A stretch of DNA of 60,263 bases, filler included. It is 7 parts of 7 records of this genome, joined end to end, with 100 filler letters (N's around TTAATTAATTAA, not from the genome) between each part and the next. Parts side by side here need not be neighbours in the genome. Positions count along the whole stretch, not along the records: positions 1 to 5,832 come from SRR31156797_19706; positions 5,933 to 15,078 come from SRR31156797_19708; 5 more parts are not named here. One strand, 5' to 3'. Within the stretch, counting starts at the first letter, position 1; each line of letters starts with the position of its first letter. The position numbers and the translations under genes were made by a program. Below, piece by piece: positions 1 to 7,840 of the stretch. The notes beneath the pieces were generated by a model. The model saw only the letters and a program-made list of their open reading frames with translations. It ran no database searches and had not been told where the DNA came from.

Positions 1-190
1 CACTTTTTTGGATTGCGCCGGCTTCGCCGGGCCCTTCGGGACGGTTTTAGTTGTTCATGATTTCCGATTAGGCAAACTTGTTGCCCTTTACGTCCTGTGT
101 TTTTGATAGGTCGAAAAAAATCGTTGATTAACAAGTCAGAGAACAAAAAAAAAGATTTAAGGTGTCCGGGAATCAAACACCATTTATAAA

Positions 191-778
191 TTACTCACAG
201 GAACACTCAAAATCGAATCCCAGCAGGAAAGTACCGGTTCCGTGAACATTTTCAAGTCCCATTTTCTCCTTCAGGTATTCATCACTAGGTGGTGATGGTG
301 AAGCCAGTACTACGTTGCAAACCTCTTCAACATCCTCCACATCCTTACATGGCTTTGGAGGCATCACAACAACCAGAGGATTGTTCTTAACATCCATCTT
401 CTTGAGCACACTGGTATCATAGATTACGATATTACCAATCACTAGCTTATCCTTGCAGCCTTTAATCTCTTCCAGTTTCTCTTCATCATCAAGATCCTGC
501 CCGACTACACAACCATCGTGCATAAGGATGACATTGGGACCCTCAGGCCAGCAGAAATCCATATCCGTAGTAAATGCAAAGATCACATCATTTTTGAGGA
601 CTGCCTTTACACCTTTATTGTCTCCCCTGCCAAGGCCCATAAGAGTCATCTCATCAGCCTTTTTCTCAAGCTCCCTGATGATTTCCCTGTCATCTTCATT
701 TAATAAGAGTGTAGTTCCTACACCCTGCATATCCATGATACTGTTTTTTACATTGTTTATAACTTCATCATTTGTCAT
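191..778 (-). CDS. Conserved-looking archaeal hypothetical protein (~195 aa)
   Basis: Long ORF with protein-like composition. ATG at 778 (MTNDEV) preferred over 838. No recognisable motif. Confidence 0.7.
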   Translation of the reverse strand: MTNDEVINNVKNSIMDMQGVGTTLLLNEDDREIIRELEKKADEMTLMGLGRGDNKGVKAVLKNDVIFAFTTDMDFCWPEGPNVILMHDGCVVGQDLDDEEKLEEIKGCKDKLVIGNIVIYDTSVLKKMDVKNNPLVVVMPPKPCKDVEDVEEVCNVVLASPSPPSDEYLKEKMGLENVHGTGTFLLGFDFECSCE

Positions 779-889
779 GAGTAGCCCTTCTGATAATATG
801 ATTAAATAAGCGGATTTCTCTTCAGGAGTAATATTCATGCATATTTAAGCATGTCGCATGCAAAGAAATATTAGCAACTAAGAGAACAA

Positions 890-1768
890 CTAATGTATTA
901 CCTTGAAAATACCTGCCTTTGGTTCATATATATGCCCTTTTGAAAGCAGGGACTTGAGCGTAGATTCTGCAATGTTTGCAGGAATGTTCTTTGAAGAAGC
1001 TACTATCAAGTATTCCGAATAATCAAACCCACTTCCGTCATCCAGTGCTTCAAGTATAGACTCGATGACAGATTCATAATCTGTTTCTTCTTCTTTTTCT
1101 TCAAAGGATTCACGGATAGAACATAGAGCCTTTTTGACACCGGACTTCAGGGAGTCATAATATTCCCTGTCATTGTGATAATAATCCAGTGAAAGGCACA
1201 TGCCACCTGCATTATTTTCAGACACGCCACTGGCCAGCAAACGGTCCATCAATTTTCCATCATCACTTTCCGAACTAAAGAATTTCTCAAATTCAGACAG
1301 GCGTTTTAAGGTCATTTCCGCAGTATCAACTACCCACCGGTCACGTAAGGATTCATCAACATAGTTGATCTCTTCAGGACGCAGTGAAACATAAACCGAA
1401 CCATCTCCCGGCTCATAGGAGCGAACCTTTCCCAGTACCATGACATATGAAGGCACATCTACATTTGAAAGGAAAAGTGATGCTTCAGGCTGGTAGCTTC
1501 CTGCATACACAGTAAAAGCCCCTGTAGGATCTGATATCCTTGCCCTCCAGAGTTCTTTCTCGCTACCAGTCTGGTCTGAGAGCCTGTCAACTTCCGTAAC
1601 AACACCAACCACAAAAATCCTGTTTACCTTCAGGCCGGTGGGGCTTATAAGAAAATTAGGTGAATAAACCTCCTGCTCATCTGAAACACTGGAATTTGAA
1701 TGCAGATTAAAACGCGAATCATTGAATTCCTGCGCAAACATCCTGTGTGCTACTTCCCTCTCAACCAT
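890..1768 (-). CDS. RPA-associated OB-fold protein (RPA32/Rpap-like) with probable C-terminal winged helix
   Basis: REVAHRMFAQEF, NRIFVVGVVTEV and RISDPTGAFTVYAGSYQPEA motifs; C-terminal LLSKGHIYEPKAG; start overlaps the rpa stop at 1768. Confidence 0.85.
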   Translation of the reverse strand: MVEREVAHRMFAQEFNDSRFNLHSNSSVSDEQEVYSPNFLISPTGLKVNRIFVVGVVTEVDRLSDQTGSEKELWRARISDPTGAFTVYAGSYQPEASLFLSNVDVPSYVMVLGKVRSYEPGDGSVYVSLRPEEINYVDESLRDRWVVDTAEMTLKRLSEFEKFFSSESDDGKLMDRLLASGVSENNAGGMCLSLDYYHNDREYYDSLKSGVKKALCSIRESFEEKEEETDYESVIESILEALDDGSGFDYSEYLIVASSKNIPANIAESTLKSLLSKGHIYEPKAGIFKVIH

Positions 1769-3075
1769 CAGTCATCACATCCCTCACCAATTATTTCAAG
1801 CAATTGATCTATACGCTCCGATAAATCATCTTCCGGAACCCAGAGTGATCGGGCAACAAGTGAAACGCCGAATTCATTTCTGGAAGAATTACCCCTGGCT
1901 GCAAAATATTTACCTGTCAGTACTTTTTTCATATCTTCAAAAACCGCATCACTTGATAATGAGTCCTTGGCTATTTTCTCTGCATCATGCATACTCTTGC
2001 CATATATCGCTTCAGAGAGTTCACGGTTAAGCATCAGGTGAACCGCTCCCGTACCATCATCAAGAATAGCCTTTATGCGCATATCAGTAAGACACTCCAC
2101 ATCTCCATGGGATCTGCAGGACGATTTCTGGGTTACGCGATTACATGAAGGACATCTTTCAATAAGACCGGATCCGGACCTTACAGAAATTATATTCCCC
2201 GTGACGGTCACATCAAACATGCCTTCTTTCTCAAGAACTTTTTCAATGGCTAACGGAGAACTTGACTTACTTACAGACTCCATGGAAAAAGACAGTCCTT
2301 CAGCAGACTGCAGTTTTTCAATCGTAGTTGCATCATTAAAATTAATAGATGGAAGTCCCCTGAACATCCTGACAGCAGCACCTTCAAAATGAACATAGTC
2401 ACCTATGTCAATACCTTTAAGGAGAATCCATGATGTGAACGGGAGCTTGCCAGTCTCATCTGCAATGACGCCCTCCACAATGGTTACTTGGTCACCTTTC
2501 AGCGTTATTTCCCTGTGATACATCTCCGCTACAAGAACAATGGAACTTGCAAGCACATCTGCAGGAAAAATCTCATCAAGTTTCTTGAGAGTTGAGTGCG
2601 ACATCTCCTCAATACCTGGTACATCCTCATCTTTCTGATGAATAAGTGTTGACCTTTTACCAAAATAAAGCTCAGGACGATTATTCCATAAGCGGGTATA
2701 GGCATTTTTGATCAGGATAACATCACCAGACTTCAGGGACAGATCATCCCAGCACGTAAATGAACATATACCTGTTTCATCACCCAGAGTACCTGAAAAG
2801 ATGGTTTTATGTTCGCCCTGTATAGATACTGCCTTTTCAATAATTTCTATTATACGACCTGTTATCTCAATTCCATTTAAGCCCGGTGTGAGATCTTTTA
2901 CTTTTAAAGCACTCACCGATGATGAAGAATATTTATTCTTAAGTATCCTTTTTGCTTCCTCAAGAGGAACACGATATTTCAGCAATTTGTTAAGTTCCTC
3001 TTCGATCTCATCCTTGCTAATATTACCAAGCGCCATGTTTAATTCATCAATATGTGGCGCGATTTTCTCGTCCAT
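1768..3075 (-). CDS. rpa: Replication protein A (multi-OB-fold ssDNA-binding protein with Zn finger)
   Basis: Three OB-fold signatures (GDETG, ADETG, DDGTG) and a CPSC...C..H zinc finger. Confidence 0.9.
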   Translation of the reverse strand: MDEKIAPHIDELNMALGNISKDEIEEELNKLLKYRVPLEEAKRILKNKYSSSSVSALKVKDLTPGLNGIEITGRIIEIIEKAVSIQGEHKTIFSGTLGDETGICSFTCWDDLSLKSGDVILIKNAYTRLWNNRPELYFGKRSTLIHQKDEDVPGIEEMSHSTLKKLDEIFPADVLASSIVLVAEMYHREITLKGDQVTIVEGVIADETGKLPFTSWILLKGIDIGDYVHFEGAAVRMFRGLPSINFNDATTIEKLQSAEGLSFSMESVSKSSSPLAIEKVLEKEGMFDVTVTGNIISVRSGSGLIERCPSCNRVTQKSSCRSHGDVECLTDMRIKAILDDGTGAVHLMLNRELSEAIYGKSMHDAEKIAKDSLSSDAVFEDMKKVLTGKYFAARGNSSRNEFGVSLVARSLWVPEDDLSERIDQLLEIIGEGCDD

Positions 3076-3269
3076 AGGAAATCCCCGTAATTAGAAGTAG
3101 TAATTATGTATTGCTGATCTGCAATAAAGATAACCTTATTAAAAATGCAATGTGGCATGCTATATAACGCTCGGAAATGTTTATGAACAGGCAACCTGCA
3201 TATTCTAAAAAGACTAATGTCAATGCTTTTAAGACGGCTGGTAAACCAGATCGAAAAGGGGAATAATAA

Positions 3270-3704
3270 ATGCCAAAACTAGCAATAGTGTATCTCAGTA
3301 CCCAGGGGAGTACAAAAATGATGGCAGAAGCCATTGCTCAGGGCGCACGTGAAAGACACATAGATGTTGATGTTGACAATTTTTACGAATGGGACCCGGC
3401 AGAGGTTGCAAAATATGATGCCATCTGTATTGGTTCCTCCACATTTTACTATGCAATGCTTGAACCAATATCCAAATTCCTGGACAAACTCATAGATATA
3501 GGCATCGAGGGAAAAATAGGAGCTGCATTTGGTTCTTACGGATGGAGCGGGGAAGCCCCTGTGCAGATTGCCGGAAAGCTCAGAGAGGCCGGAGTTGATG
3601 TTATTGATCCGGTTTTGAGAATCCAATACATCCCCAATGAAAAAGACCTCGCAGAATGTATCAGGCTTGGAAAAGACCTGGCAACCAAGATGAAGAAAAA
3701 GTAA
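3270..3704 (+). CDS. Flavodoxin domain protein
   Basis: YLSTQGSTKMMAEAIA FMN-binding loop, GSSTF, AFGSYGWSGEA. Confidence 0.92.
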   Translation: MPKLAIVYLSTQGSTKMMAEAIAQGARERHIDVDVDNFYEWDPAEVAKYDAICIGSSTFYYAMLEPISKFLDKLIDIGIEGKIGAAFGSYGWSGEAPVQIAGKLREAGVDVIDPVLRIQYIPNEKDLAECIRLGKDLATKMKKK

Positions 3705-3860
3705 TTACAAGTTCAGGCAAAAGACAAAAATTGCCCGGATAAGATAAAAAGGATTTATTTTATTGTAAAATGTTGTTAAAAAACTATTTATATGGTATTT
3801 TGCTAATCAATAGATGAAACTCAATCAAATCTTAATTATATGACATATAAGAGGATATTT

Positions 3861-4073
3861 ATGACAATCATACCATTTGCACCCATAGAGAGAGTAATAA
3901 GGAATGCAGGAGCACAGAGAGTTAGCGAGTCTGCTGGTGTTGCACTTACCGAGATACTGGAAGAATACGGACTCGAAATATCAAGGGAAGCTATCAAGCT
4001 CGCAGAACATGCAGGAAGAAAAACTGTGAAGGCCGAGGATATTGATCTTGCAAAAGAAATGCTGAACAAGTGA
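3861..4073 (+). CDS. Archaeal histone (HMfB family)
   Basis: PFAPIERVIRNAGAQRVS...AEHAGRKTVKAEDI histone fold. ATG 3861 follows GAGG; TTTATA box near 3787. Confidence 0.95.
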   Translation: MTIIPFAPIERVIRNAGAQRVSESAGVALTEILEEYGLEISREAIKLAEHAGRKTVKAEDIDLAKEMLNK

Positions 4074-4147
4074 TCCCTGATCACACATCTTTTTTCTTTT
4101 AGTTTTACTTCGGCATTTTAAATTCACTTTTTACTATTACTCATTCA

Positions 4148-4651
4148 TCAGATAATATCCAGCAGACCCATACCTGTCAGAGTGACAACGCTGACGACCA
4201 TTCCGGCTATGAGCACACCTGCGAGGATTGCAGGGAAAGAATGCCTGAACTTAATACCAAAAACAAAAGCAGCTGCGCATCCAGTCCATGCGCCTGTAAC
4301 AGGCAAAGGGACTGCAACAAACAGAGTTAGTGCAAGAGTACCGTATTTTTCAAATCTTTCAGAGTGGTTACGGTGGGTTCTTCCAAAAAGCCAAGAGAAG
4401 AAACGGTCAAATATAGTAAACCTTCTGAGATAATCCGATACCGGGCCAAGAAACAGAAGCAATGGAACAACAGGCAACATATTGCCAAGAACTGCAAAGG
4501 AAAATGCAGATGCAGGAGACATCCCATACACGCCCAGGGCAATAGGAATAGCGCCCCTTAGCTCAAATACTGGCATTGCCCCGATGATTATAGTTGCAAG
4601 CCAGTGCGGGAAAGAGGAAAGCAAGTCAAGTACTATTGCTTCAGGACTCAC
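4148..4651 (-). CDS. COG2426 / small multi-drug export family membrane protein
   Basis: PVFELRGAIP and FVAVPLPVTGAWTG motifs. GTG at 4651 lies just after the rfcS stop and is the likely start. Confidence 0.85.
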   Translation of the reverse strand: MSPEAIVLDLLSSFPHWLATIIIGAMPVFELRGAIPIALGVYGMSPASAFSFAVLGNMLPVVPLLLFLGPVSDYLRRFTIFDRFFSWLFGRTHRNHSERFEKYGTLALTLFVAVPLPVTGAWTGCAAAFVFGIKFRHSFPAILAGVLIAGMVVSVVTLTGMGLLDII

Positions 4652-4653
4652 AA

Positions 4654-5610
4654 TTATTCCTTCCCTGATAAAGCAAAGTGTGCCAGCAGACATTCCAGTT
4701 GTATTCTTTCATTGGCACCTTCCGTAAGCCTGAAATCAATTTCCCCGATGACATCTATCAGTTCAACCATCTTTCTCTCAGATATATCAAGATCAAACAT
4801 TGCCCTGTATATCTGCCCCACTACATCCTCACCGGAGAGACCCTGTTCAAGCAGCAGAATGTCGAGGTGCTTTCTGGCAGCACTGAAGTTTCCTTCAAGG
4901 GCGGTTTCGATAAGCTCCTTTACCTGCTCAGGACGTGCTGTTGCAGTGATCTTGTATATGGCATCCTTGTGAATTGTATCTGAAGTGAGTGCTGCAGCCT
5001 GAAGGGCATTTATTGCCTTTCTCATATCACCCTGCGCAATGTACTTGATGGCATCCACACCATCGTCTGCAATGTCCAGTCCTTCATTAGTTGCCACAAA
5101 ACGAACGCGTTCTGCCACAGATTCATCAGAAAGTGCACGGAACCTGTAAACCGCACATCTTGATTGGATAGGCTCGATTATCTTGGATGAGTAGTTGCAT
5201 GAAAGGATGAAGCGACAATTGTTGGTATAGCGCTCCATTGTACGCCTGAGGGCAGATTGGGCATCTGAAGTCAGAGCATCAGCCTCATCAAGGAATATTA
5301 TCTTAAAATCTGCACCACCGATGGGAGTGGTCTTGGCGAAGTTCTTTATCTTGGTCCTTACAACATCGATACCACGTTCATCAGATGCATTAAGCTCTGT
5401 GAAGTTCTCACGCCATGAATCCTCGAAAAGCTCACGTGCGATCGAAACGGAAGTAGCTGTTTTTCCTACTCCGGGAGGACCTGAGAACAGAAGATGTGGA
5501 AGGTTTCTCGTCTTAATATACGACTTCAGCCTTTCTACGGCCTCTTTCTGACCCACTACATCATCGAGTTTAAAGGGCCTATACTTTTCAATCCATATCT
5601 CTTCTTTAAT
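4654..5610 (-). CDS. rfcS: Replication factor C small subunit
   Basis: WIEKYRP, GPPGVGKT, ELNASDERG, LDEADALT, SRC and GDMR motifs. Start uncertain (ATT 5610 or TTG 5646). Confidence 0.96.
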   Translation of the reverse strand: MKEEIWIEKYRPFKLDDVVGQKEAVERLKSYIKTRNLPHLLFSGPPGVGKTATSVSIARELFEDSWRENFTELNASDERGIDVVRTKIKNFAKTTPIGGADFKIIFLDEADALTSDAQSALRRTMERYTNNCRFILSCNYSSKIIEPIQSRCAVYRFRALSDESVAERVRFVATNEGLDIADDGVDAIKYIAQGDMRKAINALQAAALTSDTIHKDAIYKITATARPEQVKELIETALEGNFSAARKHLDILLLEQGLSGEDVVGQIYRAMFDLDISERKMVELIDVIGEIDFRLTEGANERIQLECLLAHFALSGKE

Positions 5611-5662
5611 TTCAAACCCTCCGCATAGAAGTATGCATACCTGCAATAATAGGCAGATGTAG

Positions 5663-5677
5663 TTTTTTAAGTTTTCG
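5663..5677 (-). promoter_or_regulatory. Probable archaeal BRE/TATA promoter of rfcS
   Basis: Minus strand reads CGAAAAC-TTAAAAAA about 50 nt upstream of the conserved coding start. Confidence 0.45.
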
Positions 5678-5738
5678 TAGATAAAAAAAAGATTTGCAGG
5701 AATTTGATGCCATACGGCTTTCCTGCATATTGTGTTGT

Positions 5739-5831
5739 TTACTGGTAAATCATCTTGTAAGCATAAGTGCCTACTACAGGAATCTTGAGCAATACGCCTC
5801 TGTATGCTATAATAGCAAGCACCAGTATGAG
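5739..5831 (-). CDS. 3' fragment of a DUF4870-like membrane protein (truncated by contig end)
   Basis: Minus frame reads LILVLAIIAYRGVLLKIPVVGTYAYKMIYQ*; the AYRG...KIPVVG pattern is typical of this family. Confidence 0.55.
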   Translation of the reverse strand, partial: LILVLAIIAYRGVLLKIPVVGTYAYKMIYQ

Positions 5832-5832
5832 G

Positions 5833-5932
5833 NNNNNNNNNNNNNNNNNNNNNNNNNNNNNNNNNNNNNNNNNNNNTTAATTAATTAANNNNNNNNNNNN
5901 NNNNNNNNNNNNNNNNNNNNNNNNNNNNNNNN
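5833..5932. other. Artificial contig linker
   Basis: N44-TTAATTAATTAA-N44, stops in all six frames. Confidence 0.99.
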
Positions 5933-6024
5933 TTGATTAAAAAAGTTTATGCTCATTTCATGGTATTATGAATTTACCGTAAAAATATAAAATTCACAAA
6001 CACCACCGGTAAATACAAAACCGG

Positions 6025-7761
6025 CTATTTTATGTAAACCTTCTTCACAAACCGGAAGTCCGGGGTAGCAACCGTTAAAACGTAAAATCCTGATTTGATT
6101 TCTGAAACGTCGAGGCGGTATTCATAATACCTGAGCATCTCCAGGTTTTTTTTCAAAACCGTCCTGCCAAAAATGTCGGTCAGGCTAAACGCAAAGGGTT
6201 TTTGGACAAGCTCTTCAAATTCAATTTTGAAATAAGTATCAGCAGGATTGGGATTCACTTCAATATCAAAAAAGCGGGGATTATTCTTAATCCTGATCAA
6301 TTCAAGCGAACCAAACCTTAAAATAACCCGTTCACTAAAACCTTTCAGGAACATACGCATGAAACCGCACGAATCTAAGGGTGGGGGATCATCAATAGCA
6401 TTTTCGTAAGTTTCGAGCGGAATATTAAAATGATACCATGTGCATTCGGTTTGTTCGCCGTTTGGCAACTCAATGCCTGTTGCATGACGCACCTGATCGA
6501 TGTAGTTCATACCCACCTGCATCTTATCGGGATATAGCCGGATTTTATATTGATAATAGTTTTCTTCCTGGTTCATTATCTGATCATAGTTTAAATCCTC
6601 TGAATCCGGCATGGACGTGGCAGTGGTTGGATATGGTTCGGGATTTTGATAATCTGTTGGGGAGTTCCCGTCGGTGCCGTTATATTGTTTGTATCTTTCG
6701 GTAATGCTCGAATACAGCGGGTCTTCATCAAAATCAGAGCCCCTGAAATAATGATAATCATCAGCAGAGGGATCGGCAAGTGCCTGTTGATACGCCAGGG
6801 AGGTGTCACCATAAAGTAATTTAATGGACGAATGGTATGCATAAAAGAAATCGAATTCAAGCTCGTTTCGCATCCCGTCCATTCCGGCGTCCTGATACGC
6901 GCGGGATCCGGACTGATTGCTGAAATTGTTCCATGCCGGATAATCATACTGCGGCAATAGCCCCCATTCCGAAAAACTATTACTGCCTGGAATGTCAGGA
7001 TTCTGAATCCCATGCTCGAAAAAAAATTTCGAATCGCACATTACATCCTCCGAAATATTCCCGAAATTAAAATACAGGTCACCTCCGGTGGTAAGGTCAT
7101 CAATAAACGGATCCATCAACCAGAATGCAAATGCGATTAATTTTTCTGATTCCTGACCATACAGATATGTTTCAATATTCCTTGTGATGCCGCCCCAGCG
7201 GCTTTCAGGTGCTTTAAGTGTGCCATCGCTTTTTATCCCCTCCGAAATGCCTTCCATTCCAAACGCATCGAAATTATAGGGGCCTCTTTCATTGGGGTAA
7301 TATGCCAGGTTAAGCATGGGCATGTTCAGTGGAATGCCGTCGGGAAATGACTTGTCCGGAAATAATTCATCTTCCCTGACTTGTCTTACCTTGTGATCCG
7401 ACAGATCATCAAGCCCAACATTGTCGGGTCTCAAGTTACCTGTGGTATCATAAAACAGCGGATCGATAATGTACCAGGCCAGTTTGGCACGGTTGTATCC
7501 TGTTGCCAGTTCGCCGGTATGATCCATTTCGGGGAACATGCCGGGTTCGGCTTGTTTTGCCGGGGTTGCTGCAAGATGCCAGAAGAAAAGATTTTTTAAG
7601 TCGATTTTTATCCATATAGTATCCTGAATTCCCGCATATTGATCACAATGATTTTGAGCGAATTTGTAGGATTGCTGTGCATGGGAATAAACTCCAGTGC
7701 AGAGAAAAAATGCAAGTGCTGCGATGCTGATAAACGGATACGGAGAGTTTAATCGCTTCAT
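6025..7761 (-). CDS. Secreted protein: SprA/Sov internal-domain homolog fused to a type A T9SS C-terminal domain
   Basis: Signal peptide from ATG 7761. SprA-like motifs GYNRAKLAWYIIDPLFY, YYPNERGPYN, RWGGI, FWLMDPF, GNISEDV, DPSADDYHYF, RYKQYNGTDGNSP, FMRMFLKGF. C-terminal VNPNPA...SGFYVLTV...KKVYIK. Confidence 0.8.
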   Translation of the reverse strand: MKRLNSPYPFISIAALAFFLCTGVYSHAQQSYKFAQNHCDQYAGIQDTIWIKIDLKNLFFWHLAATPAKQAEPGMFPEMDHTGELATGYNRAKLAWYIIDPLFYDTTGNLRPDNVGLDDLSDHKVRQVREDELFPDKSFPDGIPLNMPMLNLAYYPNERGPYNFDAFGMEGISEGIKSDGTLKAPESRWGGITRNIETYLYGQESEKLIAFAFWLMDPFIDDLTTGGDLYFNFGNISEDVMCDSKFFFEHGIQNPDIPGSNSFSEWGLLPQYDYPAWNNFSNQSGSRAYQDAGMDGMRNELEFDFFYAYHSSIKLLYGDTSLAYQQALADPSADDYHYFRGSDFDEDPLYSSITERYKQYNGTDGNSPTDYQNPEPYPTTATSMPDSEDLNYDQIMNQEENYYQYKIRLYPDKMQVGMNYIDQVRHATGIELPNGEQTECTWYHFNIPLETYENAIDDPPPLDSCGFMRMFLKGFSERVILRFGSLELIRIKNNPRFFDIEVNPNPADTYFKIEFEELVQKPFAFSLTDIFGRTVLKKNLEMLRYYEYRLDVSEIKSGFYVLTVATPDFRFVKKVYIK

Positions 7762-7783
7762 CTTGAAGTTTTCCCGTAAAGAT

Positions 7784-7818
7784 AAAAAAAGGTGGATTCC
7801 CGAATGAATCCACCTTTT
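7784..7818 (-). terminator. Intrinsic terminator after the S8 peptidase gene
   Basis: AAAAGGTGGATTC-6 nt-GAATCCACCTTTT perfect stem followed by T7 on the minus strand. Confidence 0.85.
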
Positions 7819-7840
7819 GTTTTTTTCTGAAAAATATATT

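Noticed and set aside
71-95. GGCAAAC as a c-di-GMP-I riboswitch start (also at 14422)
   Set aside because: No GAAA-capped P2 and no GCAAA/P3 elements follow.
878-892. Pyrrolysine readthrough of the TAG ending the RPA-associated gene
   Set aside because: Another TAG follows three codons later and the protein already appears complete.
5694-5888. ORFs ending in X...LIN at linkers
   Set aside because: They read into the artificial N/TTAATTAATTAA spacer. This one is also antisense to a real gene end; the others are truncated genes.
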